Positions 1 through 10,391 of a stretch of 64,000 nucleotides of DNA are shown in pieces. Location of the stretch: NCBI GenBank assembly GCA_004011035.1, contig CP025734.1:637106-701105 (forward strand), read 5' to 3'. This stretch comes from Bdellovibrio sp. qaytius (lineage in GTDB: Bacteria > Bdellovibrionota > Bdellovibrionia > Bdellovibrionales > Bdellovibrionaceae). A model generated the notes under the pieces. It was not told the origin of the DNA. It did no database searches and saw nothing but the letters and a program-made list of their open reading frames with translations. Position 1 is the stretch's first letter, and each line of letters begins with the position of its first letter. Made by a program: the position numbers and the translations under genes.

Positions 1-1
1 G

Positions 2-931
2 GGATATCAGTTAAAATTAATCCAAAGCGGAAAACTTAATATCAAAGGCCAACCCTTAGCAAAGCTTCAAACTTTGCTAAAAGTTTCTTTTGGTATCTTG
101 CAATCATTCTGGATTATTTTAACGTACAGACCACAATTTGTTTTAGGCGTTGGTGGCTATGCCTCGGCACCGATGTTACTTGCAGCCATACTTTGCGGCC
201 GCAAAACAGCCTTGTGGGAAGGTAACGCTCACCCCGGAATGGCTAATCGTGTTCTTTCAAAATTTATTTCTAAAGCTTACTTAGTTTTTAACGAAGCTAA
301 AAAAGCAATGTCTTCAAAACAAAAAAACGTCTGGGGAATGCCCTTGCGTTCTGAAATTGAAAGAATTTGTGAAACAAGTTCGATCAATGCTCATCCCGTA
401 TTTACAATTATTTGTACTGGCGGAAGCCAAGGCAGCCAGTTTCTGAATGATCGTTTAAGCGATTTGATTCTGCAAAATCCACAATGGCATAATCAAATTA
501 AAGTCTTTCATCAAACAGGTGTTTTAGATTTTAATCGTATTAAAAATAAATATGCAGGCTTAGCTTGTGTTGAAGTGATGGATTACATTTACGATATGCC
601 AAGCTATTACCAACAAGCTGACATGCATTTCTGTCGTGGTGGCGTCGGTTCAATTATTGAAACAGCGGCCTTTGGTGTTGTGCCTGTGGTTGTTCCATTG
701 CCAGCGGCTGATAATCACCAACAGCATAATGCGGAAGCGATCGTGCATGCTGACGCTGGTTATATGTTGTTGCAAAAAGAATTTGATCAAGCGCAATTTA
801 AAAAAATCGTTACTGAATTAATGCAAAATTCATTACTCAAAAGCAAAATGTCGAAAAATTTAAAGCAATTGGTTCCATTAAAAGCCTCTCACAAAATTGC
901 CAATGATATTTTAGAAAGTATTCAATCATGA
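2..931 (+). CDS. murG: UDP-GlcNAc:lipid I GlcNAc transferase MurG, 5'-truncated by the window
   Basis: GGYAS, GGSQGS and the C-terminal GT-B motifs are present; the frame is open back to position 2; it overlaps murC by 4 bp. Confidence 0.95.
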   Translation, partial: GYQLKLIQSGKLNIKGQPLAKLQTLLKVSFGILQSFWIILTYRPQFVLGVGGYASAPMLLAAILCGRKTALWEGNAHPGMANRVLSKFISKAYLVFNEAKKAMSSKQKNVWGMPLRSEIERICETSSINAHPVFTIICTGGSQGSQFLNDRLSDLILQNPQWHNQIKVFHQTGVLDFNRIKNKYAGLACVEVMDYIYDMPSYYQQADMHFCRGGVGSIIETAAFGVVPVVVPLPAADNHQQHNAEAIVHADAGYMLLQKEFDQAQFKKIVTELMQNSLLKSKMSKNLKQLVPLKASHKIANDILESIQS

Positions 932-2277
932 AAATAGAAAAAGCCAAGTTTCACTTTATCGGTATCGGCGGAATCGGCATGTGCGGTTTAGCAGAATTAC
1001 TTCACAATTCAGGTTCTGTGGTTACAGGTTCTGATGCCAGTGAAAATGCAAACACTGAACGTTTAAAAAACTTAGGTGTTAAAGTTTATAAAGGGCATCA
1101 AGCCGAAAATATCGTTGATGTGGATGTGGTTGTTTATTCAAGCGCTATTCCATTTACGAATCCTGAAATTCGCGAAGCTAAAGCGAGATCAATTCCGTTA
1201 ATTCCACGCGCTGAAGCTTTAGCTGAAATTATGCGTATTCGCCGTGGTATCGCGGTGGCTGGTACACACGGCAAAACAACAACAACTTCGATGATCTCAT
1301 CTATTTTTCTTGAAGCTGGTCAAAGCCCAACAATCGTCGTGGGTGGTCGTTTTGAAAGAATCAAATCAACGGCTATTCTAGGTAAAGGCGATTGGCTGAT
1401 TGCCGAAGCTGATGAATCAGACGGAAGTTTTAATAAATTATCTCCAGAGATTTCAATCATTACAAATATTGATTCAGACCACATGGATCACTACAAAACT
1501 TTTGAAAATTTAAAAAAAGCATTTTTAGATTTTGCTTACCGTGTACCTTTTTACGGAACGGTCGTGGTTTTTGGTGATGACCCGATCACGCGCCAACTTT
1601 TTGATAATTTTAATAAACGTATTTTGTATTATGGCTTCAATGAAAATAACGATTACGTTTTAAAAGGCGAAAAAGGTAATTACAGCTTATCAAAAAGCGG
1701 CAAACTTTTAGGAAGCTTTAAAATTCAATTGCCTGGGTTGCATAACGCTTTAAATGCAACGGCTTCAATTGTTGCGGCTATGGCTGCAGGAATTGATTTC
1801 GAATTTTGTGCTCAGGGGATTCAGCATTTTGAAGGCGTTGATCGTCGTTTTCATTTTAAAGGCGAAGCTCATGGCATCAAAGTTTATGATGACTACGGTC
1901 ATCACCCGACAGAAGTACGCGCTACCTTGCAGGCCTTCAAAGAAAAATTTGATAAAAATAGATTGGTTGTTTATTTTCAGCCACATCGTTATTCACGCAC
2001 ACAGCATTGCTGGCAAGATTTTAAAACCTGCTTCATGCAAACTGATGTTTTATACTTAGGTGATGTCTACGCAGCTGGTGAAGCACCAATTCCAGGTATT
2101 AATTCAGAAAAACTCATCGAAGAAATGAATCAAAAAAATACTTTTCACGCGCCCAAAGCCGATCAATTGCAAATGATCTTAAAAGATTTGCGCGAAGGTG
2201 ATGTGTTTTTAACTCTTGGTGCTGGCGATGGCTGGAAATTAGGTTTAGATGTCCTTGAAAATATCACAAAACGTTAA
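928..2277 (+). CDS. murC: UDP-N-acetylmuramate--L-alanine ligase
   Basis: HFIGIGGIGMCGLA, GTHGKTTT, EADESD and DDYGHHPTE motifs. Confidence 0.98.
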   Translation: MKIEKAKFHFIGIGGIGMCGLAELLHNSGSVVTGSDASENANTERLKNLGVKVYKGHQAENIVDVDVVVYSSAIPFTNPEIREAKARSIPLIPRAEALAEIMRIRRGIAVAGTHGKTTTTSMISSIFLEAGQSPTIVVGGRFERIKSTAILGKGDWLIAEADESDGSFNKLSPEISIITNIDSDHMDHYKTFENLKKAFLDFAYRVPFYGTVVVFGDDPITRQLFDNFNKRILYYGFNENNDYVLKGEKGNYSLSKSGKLLGSFKIQLPGLHNALNATASIVAAMAAGIDFEFCAQGIQHFEGVDRRFHFKGEAHGIKVYDDYGHHPTEVRATLQAFKEKFDKNRLVVYFQPHRYSRTQHCWQDFKTCFMQTDVLYLGDVYAAGEAPIPGINSEKLIEEMNQKNTFHAPKADQLQMILKDLREGDVFLTLGAGDGWKLGLDVLENITKR

Positions 2278-3142
2278 TCTTGCTGAATACACATCTTGGT
2301 TAGTTGGTGGCAATGCAGATCATTTCTGTTTGCCAGAAACTCTTGAAGATTTAAAAGAGGCCATCACTTTTGCGAAAGCGAATAACTTCGCGATCACGAT
2401 CTTAGGTGGTGGAACTAATGTGTTGGTTTCTGACGAGGGCATTGCGGGGCTTACAATTTGTCTGCGCCGACTTTCAAAAATTGCTACCTTTGAAAAAGAC
2501 GGCAAGCTTCATATCGAAGCGTTAACAGGCACGGCCAAATCAGAATTATTAAAAACATTTTTAAAACAAAAGTTAGCTCCCGCTTTATTTTTGGCAGGTT
2601 TGCCAGGTGATGTGGGTGGCGGCGTAGTTATGAATGCCGGCGTTGCCGAAGCATTTGTACCGCGCGAATTTATGGATTTCGTAGATTGGATCGAAGTGAT
2701 GACGCTTGATCTAGAAATCATCCGCTTACAAAAAAACCAATTAAATATTAAGTATCGTCACACCGATGGCTGGCAGCCGCATATCATCGTCAATGTGGGT
2801 ATGAGTTGGCCACTCGAAATAGACACGACGATTTTAGATCGAGTGCGCGAAGCCAATAAAATTCGTCTGACAAAACAACCGCTGGATATGCCCAGTTGTG
2901 GATCTGTTTTTAAAAATCCCGAAGGTCACAAGGCCGCTCAGTTGATTGATAGCACGGGCCTTAAAGGCTATCGTGTGGGTGATGCGCAAGTCTCATTGAA
3001 GCATGCTAATTTTATCGTAAATTTAGATAAGGCCACGGCGAAAAACATCTCAGATGTGATCGCGCATGTGCAAAAGACCGTGGAAAAAGAAAAAGGCGTA
3101 AAGCTTACGACTGAAGTCGTTCGTTTAGGGCGTTGGATTTAA
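2249..3142 (+). CDS. murB: UDP-N-acetylenolpyruvoylglucosamine reductase
   Basis: GGGTNVLVSD, PGDVGGGVVMNAG, SCGSVFKNP and KHANFIVN motifs. Confidence 0.97.
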   Translation: MSLKISQNVNLAEYTSWLVGGNADHFCLPETLEDLKEAITFAKANNFAITILGGGTNVLVSDEGIAGLTICLRRLSKIATFEKDGKLHIEALTGTAKSELLKTFLKQKLAPALFLAGLPGDVGGGVVMNAGVAEAFVPREFMDFVDWIEVMTLDLEIIRLQKNQLNIKYRHTDGWQPHIIVNVGMSWPLEIDTTILDRVREANKIRLTKQPLDMPSCGSVFKNPEGHKAAQLIDSTGLKGYRVGDAQVSLKHANFIVNLDKATAKNISDVIAHVQKTVEKEKGVKLTTEVVRLGRWI

Positions 3143-3240
3143 ACTGCATCATTGTTTATAGAGAATTTGCTCTATAGGTTTTTCGTTTCACTGTGAGACA
3201 AAACTAGAAATAATTTTTTACAATTTGAACGTTTCTTAAC

Positions 3241-3268
3241 TCAACGTTGGTCCAGTTAAGGCCGATAA
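3241..3268 (+). promoter_or_regulatory. sigma28 (FliA)-like promoter upstream of hpf
   Basis: TCAAC-N15-GCCGATAA, with a perfect -10 element, 26 nt upstream of the ATG at 3295. Confidence 0.6.
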
Positions 3269-3294
3269 ATAGAGTAAGTCAAAGGAGACGCTCT

Positions 3295-3666
3295 ATGAAA
3301 TCGAATTACACGTTCAAACACCTCGATTATTCTGAATCACTGGTAAGTTACACAAACGAGAAGTTGGACGAAATCGGTAAATTCCTTCTTAAAGAAGGCC
3401 GCTGTACAGTTTATTATTGGAAGGATCATCACGAGTTTCATTGTGAAGTATCAATCAACTCTAAAGAAAAATTTTTCAAAGCTCATGGAACAGCCACAGA
3501 CGTTTATGTCGCGGTTGATTTAATGATCGATAAAATGGAAAGACAATTCTTAAAAGTAAAAGAGATCTATCAAGATCATAAGAAATTTGATCTTTCAAAA
3601 GAAGGTCGTATCCAAGAGATCAATGATCAAATGGAGTATTTGCCTAAAGGCCGTAAAGTGGCGTAG
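3295..3666 (+). CDS. hpf: ribosome hibernation factor (HPF/RaiA family)
   Basis: TFKHLDYSESLVSYTNEKL and DVYVAVDLMIDKMERQ pattern; AAGGAG RBS before the ATG at 3295 (the ORF track start at 3247 is too long). Confidence 0.85.
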   Translation: MKSNYTFKHLDYSESLVSYTNEKLDEIGKFLLKEGRCTVYYWKDHHEFHCEVSINSKEKFFKAHGTATDVYVAVDLMIDKMERQFLKVKEIYQDHKKFDLSKEGRIQEINDQMEYLPKGRKVA

Positions 3667-3710
3667 ACAAATACGGCTTTATTTACAATTGAAAACCAAA
3701 ACCCAAGCCC

Positions 3711-3747
3711 AAGCCCCCGTCGGTTCTATTCGATTGGGGCTTTTTTT
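3711..3747 (+). terminator. intrinsic terminator after hpf
   Basis: AAGCCCC...GGGGCTT stem followed by a T-run. Confidence 0.75.
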
Positions 3748-3912
3748 CGTTTCACTCTGAGATATTAGGTGATTTAAAGCACACAACATAATTATTGATA
3801 TGAAACGTCGTCAGCTAATATAACGCCGAGACTAAAGACTAATGTAATCTGTATTCAAGTTGCAGACTGATCTGTAGCAGTTAAGAATTAAGTAATCACG
3901 AAGGAGTGTTAC

Positions 3913-4443
3913 ATGAAAAATTTAATTATGATTTGCGCTTTAGTATTAGGTTCTCAAGTTGCAAAAGCTGGCGGCTTTATTGAGCCGTATCTTGGTTATC
4001 AAACAGGTAAAGTTGAAATCAGCGGCGGATCTACGCTAAAAGATAAAGGTACTGCGCTAGGTTTGCGCGCGGGCTATCAAATGGTGATTCCTTGGTTTGC
4101 CTTAGATGCGAAGATGTATAAAGGAAAAGATGATGCTTCACCGCAGGACGATGTTTCGTTTACTGACGTCGGCGTAACTGTTGGAGCGAGCGTTCCATTT
4201 TTACGTCCATTCATTGGATATATTCCAAGTGCAAAAATTAAAAGTGAAGGCACTGGTTTTGACATGACAATTAAAGGTACAGGCTTAAAGCTTGGTTTAG
4301 GAATTAAAATCTTACCTTTAATCGACATCAATATTGAGCACACGACTTATTCATTAAAAGATCCAGAAGTGAATGGCGTTACTTTCACAGGAACAAAGGC
4401 TGACTACACAACTACAATGATCGGTTTAGGAATGACGTTCTAA
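3913..4443 (+). CDS. secreted outer-membrane beta-barrel protein
   Basis: Signal peptide ending AKA, alternating amphipathic strands, C-terminal Phe (GLGMTF), AAGGAG RBS. Confidence 0.75.
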   Translation: MKNLIMICALVLGSQVAKAGGFIEPYLGYQTGKVEISGGSTLKDKGTALGLRAGYQMVIPWFALDAKMYKGKDDASPQDDVSFTDVGVTVGASVPFLRPFIGYIPSAKIKSEGTGFDMTIKGTGLKLGLGIKILPLIDINIEHTTYSLKDPEVNGVTFTGTKADYTTTMIGLGMTF

Positions 4444-4470
4444 TTTAGAACTGATCTAAAGTTAAAAATA

Positions 4471-4500
4471 AAAAGCCAGGCGATAAGCCTGGCTTTTTTT
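4471..4500. terminator. bidirectional intrinsic terminator
   Basis: AAAAGCCAGG-cgataag-CCTGGCTTTTTTT between convergent genes. Confidence 0.85.
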
Positions 4501-4524
4501 ATTTCTGAATTTGAAATTTAAAAA

Positions 4525-4995
4525 CTATTTAAAAATACAAGTTAACTTACGGTCGTCTTCGCCAGCACCTTTTTGTTCGAACATTACGCTCACTTCATCG
4601 CTTGAAGTTTTTGAGATTGTGACTTCTTCTGTGGAGTCTGAAAGATCTTGAAAGATACTAGTACTGCTTTTTAGTTCACTAACTTCATAAGCGTCATCGA
4701 CTGCAGAATCGTTAAAAATTAAACGTTGGTCCCACTCATCAACTGACGATTGCATTGATAACATTTCTTGGCCGACTTTAGTGCTAATTGTTAATTCACA
4801 GGCATTACCTTCAGTAGACAGTCCCTTTTGGGTGCCTTCTGGAAGTCCGCCATCGCGTAAAATCTCCATCAATTGAGATGTACTAACAATTTTGCCACCA
4901 CGTGTAGCATCTGCTGCAAAAGAAACAGAATTTACTCCATAAACTAAAGTTAAGCTTAAGGTAAGCGTTTTAAGGGTTTGAGCTATAGTGTTCAT
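4525..4995 (-). CDS. hypothetical secreted protein
   Basis: Signal peptide ending SFA; AAAGGAG RBS on the minus strand. Confidence 0.75.
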   Translation of the reverse strand: MNTIAQTLKTLTLSLTLVYGVNSVSFAADATRGGKIVSTSQLMEILRDGGLPEGTQKGLSTEGNACELTISTKVGQEMLSMQSSVDEWDQRLIFNDSAVDDAYEVSELKSSTSIFQDLSDSTEEVTISKTSSDEVSVMFEQKGAGEDDRKLTCIFK

Positions 4996-5177
4996 TCAGA
5001 GAACTCCTTTGGGTTTTGGGGGACGAAATGCTGCCAACATACTATGCAAAACGCGATTTTGGGGATAATACTAAGCACCTTGAAGAAAAGTTAGAAGTGT
5101 CGAAAGCTTAGACATTGATTCTGCTCTGAAAATGCAGTAATTTTTCAGAGCTTTAACATAGCTAAAACCAGTTGAAA

Positions 5178-5197
5178 AGTCGTGTCGTTTACACGCA
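5178..5197 (+). repeat. copy 1 of a 20-bp palindromic intergenic element (AGTCGTGTCGTTTACACGCA)
   Basis: 17/20 identical to the reverse complement of the copies at 13099 and 49900; abuts the metK SD. Confidence 0.8.
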
Positions 5198-5206
5198 GGG
5201 AATATC

Positions 5207-6373
5207 ATGAAAAATTATATTTTTACAAGCGAGTCAGTTTCTGAAGGTCACCCAGATAAAATGGCGGATCAAATCAGTGATTCAATTCTTGATGCTATCT
5301 TAGCGCAAGACTCTAAAGGCCGCGTTGCCTGTGAAACATTATTAACAACAGGCTTAGTTGTTGTTGGTGGTGAGATCTCTACTTCTGCAAAAATTAATTT
5401 TACTGATGTTGTTCGCGATGCTGTTAAACGCATTGGTTACGATCACTCTGATAAAGGTTTCGATTACAAAACTTGCGCCGTGATGATCGCTGTTGGCCAA
5501 CAATCTCCAGACATCGCTCAAGGTGTTAAAGAGACTGGTGCTGATGAGCAAGGTGCTGGCGATCAAGGTTTAATGTTTGGTTATGCAACTAACGAAACTC
5601 CTGAGTTCATGCCTTTATCACTTTCATTATCTCACAAGTTAGTTAAAGACTTAGCGACTTTACGTAAATCTGGTGTTGTAAACTGGTTACGTCCTGATGC
5701 TAAATCTCAAATTTCAGTTCAGTACGAAAATGGTTTAGCTAAACGTATCGATACAATCGTGTTATCAACTCAACATGCTGATGATGTTAAGAACGCTGAC
5801 ATTCAAGCTTTCATCATGGATGAATTAATTAAAAAATCTATTCCTTCTAAATGGATCGACAGCAAAACTAAATTTCACATCAATCCAACTGGCCGTTTCG
5901 TAACGGGTGGTCCAATGGGTGATGCGGGTTTAACTGGTCGTAAAATCATCGTTGATACTTACGGTGGTCACGGTGCTCACGGTGGTGGTGCATTCTCTGG
6001 TAAAGATCCTTCTAAAGTAGATCGTTCTGCGGCGTACGCTGCTCGTCACGTAGCTAAAAATATCGTAGCTGCAGGCTTAGCCGAGAAATGTTTAGTTCAA
6101 GTTTCTTACGCTATCGGTGTTGCTGAACCAGTTTCTATCGCGGTAAATGATTACGGAACTTCAAAAATCGGTTCTGAAAAATTAGCTGAAGCGGTAAGAA
6201 AAGTTTGGGATCTACGCCCAGCTCGTATCGTAAAAGAATTTGATTTATTAAAACCAATTTACACTCCGACAGCGGCTTACGGTCACTTCGGTCGCGAAGA
6301 AAACTTAGATAAAGGTTTCTTCTCTTGGGAAAAAGTAAACAAAATCGAACAATTAAAAGAAGCGGTTAAGTAG
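5207..6373 (+). CDS. metK: S-adenosylmethionine synthetase
   Basis: [30 protein letters not shown] and GGAFSGKD motifs. Confidence 0.99.
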   Translation: MKNYIFTSESVSEGHPDKMADQISDSILDAILAQDSKGRVACETLLTTGLVVVGGEISTSAKINFTDVVRDAVKRIGYDHSDKGFDYKTCAVMIAVGQQSPDIAQGVKETGADEQGAGDQGLMFGYATNETPEFMPLSLSLSHKLVKDLATLRKSGVVNWLRPDAKSQISVQYENGLAKRIDTIVLSTQHADDVKNADIQAFIMDELIKKSIPSKWIDSKTKFHINPTGRFVTGGPMGDAGLTGRKIIVDTYGGHGAHGGGAFSGKDPSKVDRSAAYAARHVAKNIVAAGLAEKCLVQVSYAIGVAEPVSIAVNDYGTSKIGSEKLAEAVRKVWDLRPARIVKEFDLLKPIYTPTAAYGHFGREENLDKGFFSWEKVNKIEQLKEAVK

Positions 6374-8182
6374 TTGAGTACAGATCCTAAATACATTCGA
6401 AATTTCTCGATCATCGCCCACATCGACCACGGTAAATCTACTTTGGCCGATGCGCTATTGTCGTACACGGGTTCATTATCTGATCGTGAACAGAAAGATC
6501 AATTTCTAGATAACATGGATTTAGAGCGCGAGCGTGGTATCACGATCAAAGCTCAAACAGTTTGTCTTAATTACCGTTCAACAGTCGACAATCAGATGTA
6601 TCAATTAAATTTAATCGATACACCGGGGCACGTGGATTTCTCTTACGAAGTTTCTCGTTCTTTAGCAGCTTGTGAAGGCGCAATCTTAGTTGTTGATGCC
6701 GCTCAAGGTGTTGAAGCGCAAACATTAGCTAACGTTTATTTAGCGTTAGAAAATAACTTAGAAATTATTCCTGTATTAAATAAAGTCGATCTTCCAACCG
6801 CTGATCCAGAAGGCGTAGCTAAGCAAATCGAAGACACTGTTGGTCTTGATTGCACGGGCATCGTTCATGCGTCTGCAAAAGAAAAAATTGGTATTAAAGA
6901 AATTCTTGAAGCGGTGATTGCGAAAGTTCCACCACCAAAAGAAATGCGTTCTTCAATTCTACGTGGCTTAATTTTCGATTCATGGTTTGATGCTTATCAA
7001 GGCGTTGTTATCCTTGTGCGCGTAATGGAAGGCATGATCAAAAAAGGCGATAAAATTAAATTTATGGCCACTGATCGTGACTATGAAGTTTTACGTATGG
7101 GTAAGTACACGCCATTTCCAGATTTCGTTGATAATTTAGATTCAGGTGAAGTGGGCTTTATCATTTGCGGTATTAAAGATATTCGCGATGTTAAAGTAGG
7201 CGATACAGTAACGACGGCTAAACACGGCGCGACTGAACAGTTACCTGGTTTTCAAAAAGTTAAACCGATGGTTTTCGCAGGTATCTTTCCTGTCGTAGCC
7301 AGCGAATATCAAAACTTAAAAGATGCTTTAGATAAATTATGTCTAAACGATTCTTCTTTATCTTTCGAGGTCGAGAAATCATTAGCATTAGGTTTTGGAT
7401 ACCGTTGCGGTTTCTTAGGTCTTCTTCATATGGAGATCGTGCAAGAGCGTTTAGAGCGCGAATTTAATTTAAACTTAATCACTACGGCTCCAACAGTTGT
7501 TTATCGTATTACGAAAAATGACGGCACAGTGTTGATGTTAGAAAACCCATCAGGAATGCCTGACGAAACACAAATTGCGTTAATGGAAGAGCCTTACGTA
7601 AAAGTAACTCTACATACACCGACTGATTATATCGGAAGTTTGATCAAACTTTGTGAAGACAAACGTGGTATTCAGCAAAAAATGGAATACGTAAACGAGA
7701 AAAAAGTAATCATTGAATATCATTTACCAATGAATGAAATGGTTATGGATTTCTATGATCGTTTAAAATCGATCACTAAAGGTTATGCGTCACTTGAGTA
7801 TGAATTCTTAGACTTCCGTGAAGCTGACTTAGTTAAAATGGATATCTTAATTAACAGTGAGCCTGTTGATGCCTTATCTATTATTATTCACCGTTCTAAA
7901 GCTGTAACGCGTGGGCGTCAGTTGGCTGAAAAGATGAAAGAACTAATTCCTCGTCAGCAATATCAAGTTAATATTCAAGCTTCTTTAGGGGCTAAAATCA
8001 TCGCCCGCGAGACATTAGGAGCCATCAGAAAAGACGTGACGGCGAAATGTTATGGTGGTGACATATCTAGGAAGCGTAAATTATTAGAAAAACAAAAAGA
8101 GGGTAAAAAACGCATGAAGCAAATCGGCTCAGTCGATGTGCCTCAAGAAGCCTTCTTAGCGATTCTAAAAATTGAAGACTAG
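6374..8182 (+). CDS. lepA: elongation factor 4
   Basis: [27 protein letters not shown] and [25 protein letters not shown]; TTG start directly after the metK stop. Confidence 0.99.
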   Translation: MSTDPKYIRNFSIIAHIDHGKSTLADALLSYTGSLSDREQKDQFLDNMDLERERGITIKAQTVCLNYRSTVDNQMYQLNLIDTPGHVDFSYEVSRSLAACEGAILVVDAAQGVEAQTLANVYLALENNLEIIPVLNKVDLPTADPEGVAKQIEDTVGLDCTGIVHASAKEKIGIKEILEAVIAKVPPPKEMRSSILRGLIFDSWFDAYQGVVILVRVMEGMIKKGDKIKFMATDRDYEVLRMGKYTPFPDFVDNLDSGEVGFIICGIKDIRDVKVGDTVTTAKHGATEQLPGFQKVKPMVFAGIFPVVASEYQNLKDALDKLCLNDSSLSFEVEKSLALGFGYRCGFLGLLHMEIVQERLEREFNLNLITTAPTVVYRITKNDGTVLMLENPSGMPDETQIALMEEPYVKVTLHTPTDYIGSLIKLCEDKRGIQQKMEYVNEKKVIIEYHLPMNEMVMDFYDRLKSITKGYASLEYEFLDFREADLVKMDILINSEPVDALSIIIHRSKAVTRGRQLAEKMKELIPRQQYQVNIQASLGAKIIARETLGAIRKDVTAKCYGGDISRKRKLLEKQKEGKKRMKQIGSVDVPQEAFLAILKIED

Positions 8183-8189
8183 GAATTAT

Positions 8190-9014
8190 ATGTCTGACAA
8201 AGTTAAAGCAGCTGATAAAAGTAAAACCGAAAAATACAACGGTTGGGATATTACTAATAAACTTTTTTGGACTGAAGGTTGGGGCTCGATGGCCCTGGCC
8301 ATCTTGGCCGCTCTAACAATTCGTTGGTTATTATTAGAAGCTTACGTGATTCCATCAGGTTCAATGCTTCCAACTCTATTAGTTAATGATCATATTTTCG
8401 TAAATAAAATCACTTACGGTATTCGTGCTCCTTTCAGCGAAAACTGGTTAGTTAAATTTCGTGAACCAGAGCGTGGCGAAATCGTAGTTTTCAAATACCC
8501 AGTTGATCCAAGCACGTTTTTTATTAAACGTATCATTGGTCTTCCGGGCGATCGTATTAAATTTGATAACGGTGCTTTATATATCAATGGCGAGATGCAA
8601 GAAAAAGTCGTTCCAAAAACGAATTGGAATTTTGACTGGCTTCGTGAAGAAGATTTCGCCAATGGCGAAGGTATGTATAAAGATTCAAAATCAAACTACA
8701 TTCACTTTTTTGAAGAATTAAAAGATTCTAAAGGTGAAATGATCGAACACAGTATCTTGATGAAAAAATCGCAAGTGATGGGTTTTTCAGGAGACGGTGA
8801 ATGGGTTGTTCCTGAAGACAGTTTATTTGTTATGGGTGATAACCGTTACAACTCGCATGATTCTCGTTTCTGGGGTTACATGCCTAAGAAAAACATCTTA
8901 GGTCGCGCTAGTTTTGTTTGGTTAAGCTGTGATGAAATGGTGCCGTTTATTCCGGTGGTTTGTAATCCATTAACAATTCGTTGGGGCAGATTCTTTCATA
9001 ATGTCACTCATTAA
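8190..9014 (+). CDS. lepB: signal peptidase I (paralog 1)
   Basis: IPSGSM (Ser nucleophile), FIKRIIG (Lys) and GDNRYNSHDSRFWG; ATG at 8190 follows AGGA. Confidence 0.95.
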   Translation: MSDKVKAADKSKTEKYNGWDITNKLFWTEGWGSMALAILAALTIRWLLLEAYVIPSGSMLPTLLVNDHIFVNKITYGIRAPFSENWLVKFREPERGEIVVFKYPVDPSTFFIKRIIGLPGDRIKFDNGALYINGEMQEKVVPKTNWNFDWLREEDFANGEGMYKDSKSNYIHFFEELKDSKGEMIEHSILMKKSQVMGFSGDGEWVVPEDSLFVMGDNRYNSHDSRFWGYMPKKNILGRASFVWLSCDEMVPFIPVVCNPLTIRWGRFFHNVTH

Positions 9015-9738
9015 GCCTAAAAAAGGCCAGCAAGGTCGCTGGCCCAATGCGCTTTCACTGTTCTTTGTTCCACTGATTTTATTTTTTTCGTTTCGTTGGC
9101 TAGTGCTTGAAACGTTTGTGATTCCGTCTGAAAGCATGGTTCCGAATTTATTAATTCACGACCATATCTTAGTTCAAAAGTATATCTATGGCATAAAACC
9201 ATTAATGGGTGATGGCTGGTTGGTGAACTGGTCAGAGCCAAAACGTGGTGATGTCGTGGTTTTTCGTTATCCAGAAAATCGTGACGTGTATTTTATCAAA
9301 CGTGTCGTGGGTTTGCCTGGCGATAAAATCGAAGTTAACGGCATGAGCGTTAAAATCAATGGCGAGCTATTAGATCTTAAATCAGTTGAAAAACCAGAAA
9401 CTGATATTAGCTTTCGTATGGCTTTTCAATTGCCCGCAGAATATTACAACGAAACTCTAGGTGATATTACACATTTTGTGCGTTTTGAAGGTGAAGCGGC
9501 CGGTGCGGTTGAATTACAGCCAAAAACATTTGAAGTCGGTAAGGATAGTTATTTTGTGATGGGTGATAACCGTTACAACTCCCAAGATTCTCGCTTTTGG
9601 GGCAATTTACCAAAAGACTTACTGGTCGGACGAGCTCGCTACATCTGGTTCAGTTGCGAAAAAATGTTAGAAGCCGCTCCTTATATTTGTGATCCGTTAA
9701 GCTTGCGTCTTGAACGATTATTCAAGACAATAAAATAA
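9001..9738 (+). CDS. lepB: signal peptidase I (paralog 2)
   Basis: IPSESM, FIKRVVG and GDNRYNSQDSRFWG. Confidence 0.93.
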   Translation: MSLIKPKKGQQGRWPNALSLFFVPLILFFSFRWLVLETFVIPSESMVPNLLIHDHILVQKYIYGIKPLMGDGWLVNWSEPKRGDVVVFRYPENRDVYFIKRVVGLPGDKIEVNGMSVKINGELLDLKSVEKPETDISFRMAFQLPAEYYNETLGDITHFVRFEGEAAGAVELQPKTFEVGKDSYFVMGDNRYNSQDSRFWGNLPKDLLVGRARYIWFSCEKMLEAAPYICDPLSLRLERLFKTIK

Positions 9739-10371
9739 ATGAATAAAAAAATGTCGACTTTTTCTTGGATTATCGGGGCTGTTATATTAGCTATCTTTTT
9801 ACGGGTAGTCTTTATCGGTGTTTTTAAAGTTCCAACAATCACAATGGCGCCGACACTGTTAGCCGGTGATTTTATTATTTCAAACAAATTAGCTTACGGA
9901 ATTAAAGAAAAAAATCCAGCACGTGGTGATGTGATTGTTTTTGTTCGCTCAGAAAAGCTTGGACAGTATTTTATTAAACGTGTTGTTGCTGTTCCGGGTG
10001 ATGTGCTTGAGATCTCTGCCGGAGAACTTAAGATTAATGGCGAAAAATGTGTTTATGTCTCTGAACAAAAAATCGAAAACTTCGAAATTTTCACTGAGAC
10101 CTGTTTAAATTCAAAGCGCCACATTTTACGTGCTCTGACAGGCCAACTTAAAACTCCAGATTTAGCACCAAAGACTCTTAAAGAGGGCGAATTTTTCGTT
10201 TTGGGAGACAATCGCGACGCGAGCGAAGACTCTAGAGATTGGGGTCCGATCGCCGCTGATCAAGTTTCTGGCAAGGCACAACTGATCTGGCTTTCAGTGG
10301 GTTCAACGCAAGACTCCATTTCTCAAGAAAAAGGGCTTAGACTCAGTCGTTTTTTGACAACGATTCAATAA
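9739..10371 (+). CDS. lepB: signal peptidase I-like protein (paralog 3, nucleophile Ser replaced by Thr)
   Basis: FIKRVVA and GDNRDASEDSRDWG are present, but box B reads VPTITM instead of IPSGSM. Confidence 0.85.
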   Translation: MNKKMSTFSWIIGAVILAIFLRVVFIGVFKVPTITMAPTLLAGDFIISNKLAYGIKEKNPARGDVIVFVRSEKLGQYFIKRVVAVPGDVLEISAGELKINGEKCVYVSEQKIENFEIFTETCLNSKRHILRALTGQLKTPDLAPKTLKEGEFFVLGDNRDASEDSRDWGPIAADQVSGKAQLIWLSVGSTQDSISQEKGLRLSRFLTTIQ

Positions 10372-10391
10372 GATTGCTATCGTAAATTTCA

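Noticed and set aside
5100-5206. SAM riboswitch upstream of metK
   Set aside because: A perfect 10-bp hairpin (5123-5151) exists, but no SAM-I, II or III consensus is recognisable.
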